A stretch of 64,000 bases of DNA. It comes from an uncultured Candidatus Saccharibacteria bacterium (GTDB lineage: Bacteria > Patescibacteriota > Minisyncoccia > Portnoybacterales > UBA2143). Below are positions 8,766-18,198 of the stretch, piece after piece. The DNA lies in NCBI GenBank assembly GCA_964472495.1, contig CAYYLD010000002.1, positions 27,949 to 91,948 on the forward strand, written 5' to 3'. The notes under the pieces were generated by a model. It did not search any database and was not told the origin of the DNA. It worked only from the letters and a program-made list of their open reading frames with translations. The position numbers and the translations under genes are program-made. Position 1 is the first letter of the stretch. Each line of letters starts with the position of its first letter.

Positions 8766-10178
8766 ATGAAGCGTCTTTTAGCCGTTGAAACAATTAAGAA
8801 AACAGGGGAGTCAGTCAAGTTGGCTGGCTGGGTTCATCAACGCCGCGACCACGGCCAGATTATTTTTATTGATTTGAGAGACAAAAGCGGCTTAGTTCAG
8901 TTGGTCTTCACTCCCGAAAGTAAGGCCCTTTACCGGACAGCTAACTCTTTGCGGCCAGAATGGGTTATTAAAGCGGAAGGAAAAGTTAATCAACGACCCA
9001 AAGGAATGGATAATCCTAAGCTGCCGACCGGTCAAATTGAGATAGAGGTGACCAATTTAGAAGTTCTTAATCAAGCCAAGACACCGCCTTTTGAGATTAC
9101 TCAGACCAACACTGGCGGGAAGGAAGCCAATGAGGAACTTCGCTTAAAATACCGCTATTTGGATTTACGACGGCAAAAAATGAAAGATAATCTGGTCTGG
9201 CGGCATAAAGTAGTCAAAATAATCCGCGATTTCATGGATAGAGAGAACTTTACGGAAATAGAGACGCCTATTTTAACCAAGTCCACCCCTGAAGGAGCCA
9301 GAGATTTTCTGGTTCCCAGCCGAATTCATACAGGTCAATTTTACGCCTTGCCCCAGGCCCCTCAGCAACTCAAACAATTACTAATGGTCGCCGGCCTGGA
9401 AAAATATTTTCAGATTGCCCGTTGTTTTCGTGACGAAGATTTGCGGGGCGACCGCCAACCGGAATTCACTCAATTAGATATTGAAATGTCTTTTATTAAG
9501 CAGAAAGATATCTTAAATCTGGTTGAAAAGCTCTTTATCAAAATTGTTAAAGAGTTAGTTGAATTAGATAAAAGTTTGTCCAAGAAACTGACCTTTAAGC
9601 CGTTTTTTAAGTTAGATTACCAGGAAGCCATCAAAAAATATGGCACTGATAAACCGGATTTGAGAAAAAATAAAAAAGACCCCGATGAATTAGCCTTTGT
9701 CTGGATTTTGAATTGGCCTCTTTTTGAATGGAATAGCGATGAAAAAAGATACGATTCCTGTCATCATATTTTTACAGCCCCCCAAGAAAAAGATTTGCCT
9801 CTATTAGACAAAGAGCCTCTCAAAGTTCATTCTTGGCAACATGATTTAGTCCTTAATGGTCATGAAATTGGCGGCGGCAGTATCAGAATTCACCAGCGGG
9901 AGATTCAAGAGGAGATATTTAAATTAGTTGGTTTAACCAACGAAGAAACAGAGGAAAAATTCGGTCATTTACTGCGGGCCTTTGAATATGGAGCGCCGCC
10001 TCACGGCGGGATTGCTCTGGGCCTTGATCGTTTGCTGATGATTCTATTTAATGAAAAAAGCATCCGTCAGGTGATTGCTTTCCCAAAGAGCGGTGACGGC
10101 CGCGATTTGACCATGGAGGCGCCCAGTTCGGTTAGTCCGGAACAACTGAAAGAATTAGGGATAAAGATATCCCCTTGA
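8766..10178 (+). CDS. aspS: Aspartate--tRNA ligase, a short bacterial-type form without the GAD insertion
   Basis: Class II aaRS motifs: FRDEDLRGDRQPEFTQLDIEMSF, GGGSIRIH and ALGLDRLLM. An OB-fold lies at the N-terminus. Confidence 0.85.
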   Translation: MKRLLAVETIKKTGESVKLAGWVHQRRDHGQIIFIDLRDKSGLVQLVFTPESKALYRTANSLRPEWVIKAEGKVNQRPKGMDNPKLPTGQIEIEVTNLEVLNQAKTPPFEITQTNTGGKEANEELRLKYRYLDLRRQKMKDNLVWRHKVVKIIRDFMDRENFTEIETPILTKSTPEGARDFLVPSRIHTGQFYALPQAPQQLKQLLMVAGLEKYFQIARCFRDEDLRGDRQPEFTQLDIEMSFIKQKDILNLVEKLFIKIVKELVELDKSLSKKLTFKPFFKLDYQEAIKKYGTDKPDLRKNKKDPDELAFVWILNWPLFEWNSDEKRYDSCHHIFTAPQEKDLPLLDKEPLKVHSWQHDLVLNGHEIGGGSIRIHQREIQEEIFKLVGLTNEETEEKFGHLLRAFEYGAPPHGGIALGLDRLLMILFNEKSIRQVIAFPKSGDGRDLTMEAPSSVSPEQLKELGIKISP

Positions 10179-10199
10179 TTAATATATAGTTAGATTTAG

Positions 10200-10372
10200 A
10201 AGCTCAACCTAACCATTTCGAGAAGCTTAGATGACAAAAGATACCAACTAAGAGGGAAGGGTAATGAAGAACTCTTTTGTCATCTTAGAGCAGCCGCTTA
10301 AATAATAAATGGAGAACAATGGCGTCACGGCGGCTGCGTCTTCAAGAAATGGTTAGGTTGAGCTTTGACAAG
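10200..10372 (+). repeat. Structured intergenic repeat element, copy 2 of 3
   Basis: Same conserved cores as 5550-5725. The outer stem here is gctcaacctaacc / ggttaggttgagc. Confidence 0.6.
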
Positions 10373-10377
10373 AGACG

Positions 10378-11436
10378 ATGTTGACTAAGTTCTTGACCAC
10401 TGTTTTTATTTTACTTAATCCGCTTAATTTTTTATTCGGCCAGTCATCAGGACAAGCTAACTTTGAGCAAACTTCTTTACCTCCTCAGCCGCTACCCGAG
10501 ACAAACTCTTTGACAATTGACTTCCGTCCCGGTTTAGCCAATATTATTTCCGGCTTTGTCATCTCGGCTGCCCAGGGGACTAATCCTGATTTTTTGCCTA
10601 TTCGCAACTGGAACGTTGACGAACCAAAAGTTAAAGCCGAAGCGGCCTTAATTTTTGAATCAGATAAGGATAAAATTCTTTATCAAAAAAATATTGAAGA
10701 AGTTTTGCCCGTGGCCAGCTTAACTAAATTGATGACCGGCCTAATCGTCTTGGAAAATTTGGATTTAGACCAGGTGGTAACCGTCAGTCAAAAAGCAGTT
10801 GCCGCCTACGGCGATAACGGCGGTTTGGTTATTGATGAAGAAATCTCGGTTAGAAGTCTTCTTTACATCCTGCTGATGGAATCAAGCAACGACGCCGCTG
10901 TGGCTTTAGCTGAGGCGCTTGAGGCATCTGAAAATCTGCGAAGGTTTAACCTTCGCAGATACGAAGGTTTAACCTTCGCAGACCTCTTTACAAACCTGAT
11001 GAATGAAAAAGCCGAAGAATTAGGCCTGTCCAAGACCAATTTTGTCGAGCCAACCGGTTATCAGCCAGCCAATCTGTCAACGGCTCTTGATTTAGCCGAA
11101 TTAGTCAAATATACTTTAAATCAGTCACTCCTTTGGCAGATTCTCAGGACAAAAACGATTGATGTATCTTCAATTGATAATTCTGTTAATCATCATTTAA
11201 CCAATACCAATCAGCTATTAGGCCATTGGCCGAATATCATTGGCGGCAAAACCGGTTATACCGAAGAAGCGCAGGGCTGTCTCATTTTAGTTATCAGTCA
11301 GGATTTAGATAAAATGAGAAACTATTTTGACCAAGATTCTTCTGCTTGTCTGATTATTATTGTTTTAGGGGCTGAAGATAGATTTTTAGAAACAGAAAAA
11401 TTAGTTAATTGGGTCAACCAGGCCTATATCTGGTAA
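10378..11436 (+). CDS. D-alanyl-D-alanine carboxypeptidase (serine peptidase S11, PBP5/6-like)
   Basis: SxxK (SLTKLMT), SxN (ESSND) and KTG (KTGYT) motifs. Confidence 0.8.
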   Translation: MLTKFLTTVFILLNPLNFLFGQSSGQANFEQTSLPPQPLPETNSLTIDFRPGLANIISGFVISAAQGTNPDFLPIRNWNVDEPKVKAEAALIFESDKDKILYQKNIEEVLPVASLTKLMTGLIVLENLDLDQVVTVSQKAVAAYGDNGGLVIDEEISVRSLLYILLMESSNDAAVALAEALEASENLRRFNLRRYEGLTFADLFTNLMNEKAEELGLSKTNFVEPTGYQPANLSTALDLAELVKYTLNQSLLWQILRTKTIDVSSIDNSVNHHLTNTNQLLGHWPNIIGGKTGYTEEAQGCLILVISQDLDKMRNYFDQDSSACLIIIVLGAEDRFLETEKLVNWVNQAYIW

Positions 11437-11449
11437 ATAAGTAGATAAG

Positions 11450-11473
11450 GGACGCCCTTGAAAGGGCGTCCCT
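11450..11473 (+). terminator. GC-rich hairpin GGGACGCCCT-tgaa-AGGGCGTCCC after the dacB-like gene
   Basis: Perfect 10-bp stem. It belongs to the AAGGGCGTCCCTT motif family seen elsewhere in the window. Confidence 0.5.
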
Positions 11474-11486
11474 TGGAATCAAATCT

Positions 11487-12533
11487 ATGCCTGATATTTT
11501 TCATCTTTCTCGTCTCTTAGGATTAGCTGCTATTTCCTTCATTTTTGCTTTGGCTTGGACACCAGCTTTAGTCCATTTTCTGGAAAAGTATCGTTTGGGT
11601 AAGCAAATTCGGTTCGCCAACGTACCTGTTTTCGCCAGTCTTCATAAGAAAAAAGAAGGAACTCCGACTATGGGCGGCATTTTGGTTTGGGGAACTATTT
11701 TAGTTATCACTTTACTTTTCTGGTGGGCTGGCCAAATAGGCCAGGGGACTATTTTTGAGAAAATAAGCTTTTTAAGCCGCGGCCAGACGCTTCTGCCTTT
11801 AGGCGCCTTAGTTGCTTCAGCTTTGGTTGGCTTGGGTGATGATTTATTAGGCGTTTTTAAAAGGGGTTCTAATGGAGGCGGCTTACACATGCGGCACCGC
11901 CTCTTAATTTATACAGCCATTGCCGCTTTTGGCGCTTGGTGGTTCTTTTGGAAATTAGACTGGGATTTAATTCATGTCCCTTTTGTCGGCGATTTTAATA
12001 TCGGCTGGTGGTATATCCCTCTCTTTATTTTCGTTCTGGTCGCGACAGCTTTTTCAGTTAACGAAACCGACGGATTGGATGGTTTAGTCGGCGGTATCCT
12101 TTTAATTGCTTTTGGCGCTTACGGAGTCATCGCCTTTTCTCAAGGAAAAATGGATTTAGCCGTTTTTTGTGGAGTAATTATCGGCGCTTTGTTAGCTTTT
12201 CTTTGGTTCAATATTCATCCGGCCCGCTTTTTTATGGGCGATACCGGAGCAATGTCCCTAGGTATCACTTTGGGAATTATTGCTATGTTAACTAATGCCT
12301 TCCTACTGCTGCCTTTGATTGGCTTTATCTTGGTTATGGAATCTGCCTCGGTAATCATTCAACTCCTTTCTAAAGTAATCCGCCAGAAAAAGATTTTTCT
12401 TTCCACGCCGATTCATCACCATTTTGAAGCTATTGGCTGGCCGGAAACAAAGGTGACTATGCGTTTCTGGATAGTCGGCGGGGTCATGGCCGCTATCGGT
12501 TTGATTCTGGTCTTCATTGAGAAAATTATTTGA
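11487..12533 (+). CDS. mraY: Phospho-N-acetylmuramoyl-pentapeptide transferase MraY
   Basis: NETDGLDGL and MGDTGA motifs. Polytopic membrane protein. Confidence 0.93.
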   Translation: MPDIFHLSRLLGLAAISFIFALAWTPALVHFLEKYRLGKQIRFANVPVFASLHKKKEGTPTMGGILVWGTILVITLLFWWAGQIGQGTIFEKISFLSRGQTLLPLGALVASALVGLGDDLLGVFKRGSNGGGLHMRHRLLIYTAIAAFGAWWFFWKLDWDLIHVPFVGDFNIGWWYIPLFIFVLVATAFSVNETDGLDGLVGGILLIAFGAYGVIAFSQGKMDLAVFCGVIIGALLAFLWFNIHPARFFMGDTGAMSLGITLGIIAMLTNAFLLLPLIGFILVMESASVIIQLLSKVIRQKKIFLSTPIHHHFEAIGWPETKVTMRFWIVGGVMAAIGLILVFIEKII

Positions 12534-12550
12534 GCCTCTTTAGCTAAGTT

Positions 12551-14005
12551 ATGAAAATCAGTAATTTCAAAAACAAAAAAGTAACGATTATCGGTTTAGG
12601 ACTACATGGCGGTGGTGTCGGCGTAGCTAAATTCTTCAGTCGTTTGGGGGCCAAGGTTTTAGTTACTGATTTAAGAGACAAAGAGGAACTAAAAGAATCC
12701 TTAGAAAAACTCAAAGGCAGACCAATAAAATATGTTTTGAATCAGCATCGGCCGGAAGATTTTATCAATACTGATTTGGTCATTAAAAATCCGGCTGTTC
12801 CGGAAAAATCTAAATATCTGGAAATAGCTCGTCAACACGGCGTACCTATTGAAACGGATGTAGGGATGTTCTTTGAGCTTTGTCCAGCGCCGATTATCGG
12901 CATAACCGGCAGCAAAGGCAAGTCAACAGTGGCTACTCTGACCGCTAAGTTTCTGACCAAAAAATATAGTGACGTTATTTTAGCTGGCAATATCCGCAGT
13001 TCCGTCTTAACTAAATTAAAAAAGATTAATAAAGATAGTTTGGTTGTCTTAGAGCTTTCCAGTTGGCAATTGGCTGGCTTGAGGTCTCATCGAAAAAGCC
13101 CCCGCTGTTCAGTAATAACCAATATTCTGCCCGACCATCTCAATCGCTACAAGAACATCGAAGAATATATTGAGGATAAGAAAGAAATTTTCCGTTGGCA
13201 GAAAGCGAAACCTCATCAGAAGAGACAAGATATCTTCCAAGGCAGAGATTATCTAATCCTTAATTACGATGATAAAATAGTCAGGGATTTTGCCAGTCAA
13301 GCTAAATCACAAGTATTTTATTATAGTCAGGATAACGGCATCACTTCCAACTTGGAGAAAGCTAATTTAGCTGCTTTCGTCAAGGGAGAAAAAATCCTTT
13401 TTGGTCAGGATAAAAAAGAAGAAATTTGTTCTTTGGAAGACGTTCGTTTAAGAGGCAAGCATAATATTGACAATGTTTTAGCCGCTATCAGCGTAGCCAA
13501 ATTATGCCAAGTTTCTAATAAATCAATTAAAAAAGTTCTTGATAAATTTAAAGGTCTGGAAGGCCGCTTGGAATTAATTAAAATAGTTAACCAAGTTAAA
13601 TATATTAACGATACGGCCGCGACCATCCCCGAAGCCACTTTAGCTGCTTTAACTTCTTTCCCCCTGAAGAAAAATATTATCCTTATTGCCGGTGGAGCTG
13701 ACAAAAATTTAAATTTTGACCAGCTGGCTGAAATATTGGTTAGAAAAGTAAAAAGTTTGATTCTTTTAGAAGGAACAGCTACGGCTAAACTGAAACAGGC
13801 AGTCGAAAATCAGATTGCCCTGACTAATAATCAATTGGAAATAATTGGTCCGCTAGATAGCATGAAAGAAGCGGTTTCGGAAGCTAGTGCCAGAGCGATT
13901 AAGAAAGATATTGTTTTGCTTTCGCCAGCCTGCGCCAGTTTTGGTCTTTTCAGGCATGAATTTGAAAGAGGCGAAGCTTTTATTAAGGCCGTTAATAGAT
14001 TATAA
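12551..14005 (+). CDS. murD: UDP-N-acetylmuramoylalanine--D-glutamate ligase MurD
   Basis: Mur ligase P-loop GITGSKGKST, with an N-terminal Rossmann fold. Position between mraY and ftsW. Confidence 0.85.
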   Translation: MKISNFKNKKVTIIGLGLHGGGVGVAKFFSRLGAKVLVTDLRDKEELKESLEKLKGRPIKYVLNQHRPEDFINTDLVIKNPAVPEKSKYLEIARQHGVPIETDVGMFFELCPAPIIGITGSKGKSTVATLTAKFLTKKYSDVILAGNIRSSVLTKLKKINKDSLVVLELSSWQLAGLRSHRKSPRCSVITNILPDHLNRYKNIEEYIEDKKEIFRWQKAKPHQKRQDIFQGRDYLILNYDDKIVRDFASQAKSQVFYYSQDNGITSNLEKANLAAFVKGEKILFGQDKKEEICSLEDVRLRGKHNIDNVLAAISVAKLCQVSNKSIKKVLDKFKGLEGRLELIKIVNQVKYINDTAATIPEATLAALTSFPLKKNIILIAGGADKNLNFDQLAEILVRKVKSLILLEGTATAKLKQAVENQIALTNNQLEIIGPLDSMKEAVSEASARAIKKDIVLLSPACASFGLFRHEFERGEAFIKAVNRL

Positions 14006-14062
14006 TTCAATCATCATTTCTGTTTTGTTTTGCCCAGCCATAAACGCCTCTGACAAGTTTCT

Positions 14063-15154
14063 ATGAAAGCTCATCAACCAGATTATATTCTCATTTTTCT
14101 CATCTTGTTTATGGTTGCTTTTGGTTTAGTGATTATCGCCAATCCGTCCATAGTTCTTTCCCAGGAAAATTTTAAAGAGAGTTATTATTTCTTGAAGCAT
14201 CAGGGACTTAATGTCCTTTTGGGACTGATTTTTTTCTTTATTGCTCAGCGTATTTATTATAAACATTGGCAAAAATTCGCTTTTTTCTTATTGATTTCAA
14301 GTATTGCTCTTTTAATTTTGGTCTTCATTCCCGGATTGGGTTACGGCTCTGGTCAGGCCAGAAGATGGATTATTTTAGGCCCTTTTTCTTTTCAGCCCTT
14401 TGAATTAGTCAAACTGACTTTTATTTTCTATTTAGCCGCCTTGCTTAGTAAAAAAGGAAGAAATAATCAGCAAATAATTAAAGAAAGCTTAATCCCTTTT
14501 TTGGTGACCGCTGGGATAATTACCTTTTTAATTCTTAGTCAACCCGACTTTAGCGCCTTGATTATTCTAATAGCCATTGCCCTGACTATTTACTTTTTGG
14601 CCGGGATGAATATATCTTATCTTTTGGCCTTTGCCGGTCTAGCTTTGGTTGGTTTTTTGGTTCTGATTAAAATGGCTGCTTACCGAATGAATCGTTTGAT
14701 TGTTTATCTTCATCCGGAAATGGACCCTCGAGGCATCGGCTATCAGATTAATCAGGCCTTATTAGCTATTGGTTCAGGAGGTCTTTTTGGCTTAGGTCTC
14801 GGTCATAGTATTCAGAAATGGCGCTATCTGCCTGAACCAATTGGCGACTCTGTTTTTGCTATTATTGCCGAAGAACTAGGCTTGATTGGCGCCGCTTTTT
14901 TGGTTGCTCTCTTCGTCCTTTTGGCTTGGCGAGGATTGAAAATTGCCCGTCAGGCACCGGACAGATTTGGCCTCCTTCTGGCTGGCGGTATTACCGGCTG
15001 GTTATTCTTCCAGGCCTTTATTAATGTAGCTGCCATTTCCGGTTTAGTTCCTTTAACTGGTCTGCCTTTACCTTTAATCAGTTACGGCGGCTCGGCCATG
15101 GTTGTTTCTTTAACCGCTTTAGGCGTTTTAGTTAACGTTTCAAAATATACCTAG
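14063..15154 (+). CDS. ftsW: SEDS-family peptidoglycan glycosyltransferase FtsW/RodA
   Basis: 10-TM SEDS pattern. Position between murD and murG. Confidence 0.85.
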   Translation: MKAHQPDYILIFLILFMVAFGLVIIANPSIVLSQENFKESYYFLKHQGLNVLLGLIFFFIAQRIYYKHWQKFAFFLLISSIALLILVFIPGLGYGSGQARRWIILGPFSFQPFELVKLTFIFYLAALLSKKGRNNQQIIKESLIPFLVTAGIITFLILSQPDFSALIILIAIALTIYFLAGMNISYLLAFAGLALVGFLVLIKMAAYRMNRLIVYLHPEMDPRGIGYQINQALLAIGSGGLFGLGLGHSIQKWRYLPEPIGDSVFAIIAEELGLIGAAFLVALFVLLAWRGLKIARQAPDRFGLLLAGGITGWLFFQAFINVAAISGLVPLTGLPLPLISYGGSAMVVSLTALGVLVNVSKYT

Positions 15155-15164
15155 AGCGTCAGCG

Positions 15165-15197
15165 GGGGCGTCCCTTTTTAGTAAAAAGGGACGCCCC
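15165..15197 (+). terminator. Rho-independent terminator hairpin GGGGCGTCCCTTTTT-agt-AAAAAGGGACGCCCC
   Basis: Perfect 15-bp stem after ftsW. It is a family member of the GGGCGTCCC motif. Confidence 0.6.
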
Positions 15198-15205
15198 AGG
15201 AAGAT

Positions 15206-16351
15206 ATGCGAATACTTTTTACCGGCGGCGGCACTGGTGGGCACATTTTTCCCATCATTGCTTTAGCCAGACAATTAAAACAAATTCACACTCAATCAAT
15301 GACTCCGATTGGTCCGGCTGAGGAGACTACTTTAGAAATGTTTTTTCTAGGACCTGATGGCTGGACTAAGGAATTACTCAAAAAAGAAGGTATTAGAACT
15401 AGAATAATTTTAGCTGGCAAATTGAGACGCTATTTTTCTGTTTGGACTCTTTTTGATTTAATTAAGATGCCCTTGGGTTTGTTGCAATCACTTTGGTATC
15501 TTTATTTCTGGATGCCCGACGTTATCTTCAGTAAAGGAGGTTACGGCAGTATGCCGGTCGTTTTAATTGGTTGGCTTTACCGGATTCCTATCTTAATCCA
15601 TGAATCAGATACCGTCCCCGGTTTGACTAATCGCTGGGCCGCTAAATTATCTCAAAGAATTGCTCTCTCTTTTGATTCGGCTGAAGAATATTTTCCTCCT
15701 CAAAAAACCGCCTTGGTCGGCAACCCAGTCCGTTCAGAAGTTATTCAAATTTGTCAGATGGTCAGCCAAGAGGTGGAAGAAGAGGCCAAGAAACTTTTTC
15801 AAATTAACGGCCAAAAACCAATCCTTCTTATTCTGGGCGGCAGTCAAGGAGCTCACTCATTAAATGAATTTATTTTACAACTTTTACCTCAGCTTTTAGA
15901 AAATTATGAAATTATTCATCAAGTTGGCTCAAAGAATTACCACCAAATTGAAAAGAAAGTCGGCCAAAACCAGCTAGTTAATTATCATTTTTATGCCTTT
16001 TTAGATGAAAACCAGTATGCGGCTGCTTATCTTTTAGCTGGTTTAGTTATTTCCCGGGCCGGGGCGGGGACTATCTTTGAAATGGCTGCCTGTGCTAAAC
16101 CAAGTATTTTAATTCCCTTGCCTCAAGCAGCTGCTGACCACCAAAGGAAGAATGCTTTTGCTTATGCCCGAGCCGGGGCTACCTTAGTTATTGAACAAGC
16201 CAATCTGACTCCCAACCTTTTCTTAAATAAAATTAACCAGATTCTGAGTAATCCTGAATTAGCCCGAAAGATGTCTCAAAGCGCCCAGAATTTTTATCAA
16301 CCAGAAGCCGCTCAAAAAATCGGCCAGGAATTGATTGAAATGGGAAGATAG
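15206..16351 (+). CDS. murG: Undecaprenyldiphospho-muramoylpentapeptide beta-N-acetylglucosaminyltransferase MurG
   Basis: N-terminal GGGTGGHIFP motif, GT28 fold. Confidence 0.9.
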   Translation: MRILFTGGGTGGHIFPIIALARQLKQIHTQSMTPIGPAEETTLEMFFLGPDGWTKELLKKEGIRTRIILAGKLRRYFSVWTLFDLIKMPLGLLQSLWYLYFWMPDVIFSKGGYGSMPVVLIGWLYRIPILIHESDTVPGLTNRWAAKLSQRIALSFDSAEEYFPPQKTALVGNPVRSEVIQICQMVSQEVEEEAKKLFQINGQKPILLILGGSQGAHSLNEFILQLLPQLLENYEIIHQVGSKNYHQIEKKVGQNQLVNYHFYAFLDENQYAAAYLLAGLVISRAGAGTIFEMAACAKPSILIPLPQAAADHQRKNAFAYARAGATLVIEQANLTPNLFLNKINQILSNPELARKMSQSAQNFYQPEAAQKIGQELIEMGR

Positions 16352-16352
16352 T

Positions 16353-17771
16353 ATGGTTAAAATTCAACCAATTAGAGTCAGAATTGCGCCCAGTCCGACC
16401 GGACCGCTGCATTTAGGCACAGCCCGTACTGCTCTTTTTAATTATCTATTTGCCCGAAAAAACAAGGGTGAGTTTATTCTGCGCATTGAAGATACTGATA
16501 TAGAGCGTTCGGAAAAGAAATATGAAAAAGAAATAATTGATTATCTTAAATGGCTGGGGATTCAATGGGATGAAAAAATTTATCGACAGAGCGAACGGAT
16601 TACTCTTTATCAAAAATACATTAAGAAACTGCTTGATTCGGGTCAGGCCTTTTGGTGTTATCATAGTCAAGAAGAATTAGTCCAGGAAAAAGAAGAACAG
16701 ATGAAAAGAGGAGAGGGGCCACGTCATCTTTGCCAGCATAAAGACCAGTCGCCTAAAGCAAAAAAAGGAGGTATTATCAGATTCCGCTGCCCGGATAAAA
16801 AAGTGGTTTTCAATGATTTAATTCGCGGTCATTTAGAATTTGACGGTCGTTTGTTAGGCGACATTAGTATTGCTAAAGACGAAAAAACGCCTCTCTATAA
16901 TTTCAGCGTGGTCATTGACGATTATGAAATGAAAATGAGCCATGTTATCCGCGGCGAAGACCATATTTCCAACACTCCCAAGCAGATTTTAATCGGCCAA
17001 GCCCTCGGCTTTCCTCAACCTCAATTCGCTCATTTGCCCCTTATCTTAGGCCCGGACAAAAGCAAACTAAGCAAACGCCACGGAGCGGTCTCGGTCAGTT
17101 GGTATAAAAAAGAGGGATATTTACCGGAAGCGCTGGTTAATTTTATGGTTCTGCTCGGCTGGAATCCGGGGACAACCAAAGAATTTTTTTCTCTTGAAGA
17201 GCTAGCTAAAGAATTCTCTTTGGAACGGGTTCAGAAAGGAGGAGCCATTTTCAATCTGCAGCGCCTGGACTGGCTCAACGGATATTATATCCGCCAGATG
17301 GATTTAGATGATTTAACCAAAAAATGCCTGCCGTATTTAGAATCGTCATTACGAGGAGCCGGAGGCGACAAAGCAATCCCGTTTGATTATGCCAAAAAAA
17401 TAGTCGCCTTAGAGCAAGAGCGGTTAAAGAAGCTGTCTGAAATAGGGGATTTAACCAAATTCTTCTTTTTAGACAAATTGGACTATCCAGCCGAGTTGCT
17501 TATCTGGAAGAAAATGACCCTCCAAGAGGTCAAAAATAATCTTGACATGCTAGAGGAAAAATTGTCTAAAATGAACAAATTTGACCGGAAATCGCTGGAG
17601 GGAGCTTTGATGCCCTTGGCTAAGAAACACGGCTCTGGCGAGCTCCTATGGCCTCTGAGAGTGGCTTTAACCGGCCAAAAAGCCTCGCCGCCGCCCTTTG
17701 AAATAGCCGAAATCCTGGGTAAAGAAAAAACTTTGAAGAGGATTATAGAAGCTAAGGCGAGGATAAAATAA
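16353..17771 (+). CDS. gltX: Glutamate--tRNA ligase
   Basis: Class I HIGH (PSPTGPLHLGTARTA) and KMSKS (KLSKRHG) motifs. I place the start at the ATG at 16353. The ORF-track TTG start at 16335 overlaps the murG stop. Confidence 0.9.
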   Translation: MVKIQPIRVRIAPSPTGPLHLGTARTALFNYLFARKNKGEFILRIEDTDIERSEKKYEKEIIDYLKWLGIQWDEKIYRQSERITLYQKYIKKLLDSGQAFWCYHSQEELVQEKEEQMKRGEGPRHLCQHKDQSPKAKKGGIIRFRCPDKKVVFNDLIRGHLEFDGRLLGDISIAKDEKTPLYNFSVVIDDYEMKMSHVIRGEDHISNTPKQILIGQALGFPQPQFAHLPLILGPDKSKLSKRHGAVSVSWYKKEGYLPEALVNFMVLLGWNPGTTKEFFSLEELAKEFSLERVQKGGAIFNLQRLDWLNGYYIRQMDLDDLTKKCLPYLESSLRGAGGDKAIPFDYAKKIVALEQERLKKLSEIGDLTKFFFLDKLDYPAELLIWKKMTLQEVKNNLDMLEEKLSKMNKFDRKSLEGALMPLAKKHGSGELLWPLRVALTGQKASPPPFEIAEILGKEKTLKRIIEAKARIK

Positions 17772-17774
17772 AAA

Positions 17775-17803
17775 CTCCCAAGTCCGTAATTCGGTCTTGG
17801 GAG
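17775..17803 (+). terminator. Hairpin CTCCCAAG-N13-CTTGGGAG after gltX
   Basis: 8-bp perfect stem seen in the sequence. Confidence 0.35.
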
Positions 17804-17859
17804 AGAGTGAAAAAGAGAGTAGTAGGAAAGTTGTCTGAGGGGATCCAGGAGAACCTTTT

Positions 17860-18150
17860 CTATGCCTGACCGGGTTGTACAAACCGATAACAAAAAGAGG
17901 CGTAATCATGCTTTCTTACCTCCAGTAAGAGGGCGATACCGATCAGCTCGACTATCTTCTCGTAATCGGACGCGGTCATTTTACTAGAGAATCCCGTGAA
18001 TGCTCCTATTGATTTCCATTCCCCCTTGCCTTCACTCATGGCTCCCATCCGATAGAATCTGAGTATGCCCTCTTTATCTATGGTAACCATGTCATCGGGC
18101 CGGATAATCGTCAGCTTGTCCCTGAATCTTAGAAAATCTCGATGGTTCAT
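17860..18150 (-). CDS. Hypothetical protein, 96 aa
   Basis: Good RBS: GGAGGAAAAA before the ATG. Confidence 0.45.
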   Translation of the reverse strand: MNHRDFLRFRDKLTIIRPDDMVTIDKEGILRFYRMGAMSEGKGEWKSIGAFTGFSSKMTASDYEKIVELIGIALLLEVRKHDYASFCYRFVQPGQA

Positions 18151-18198
18151 TTTTTCCTCCTAAATAATTATAAGTTTTAAGGTTCATCCTTTTATTTT

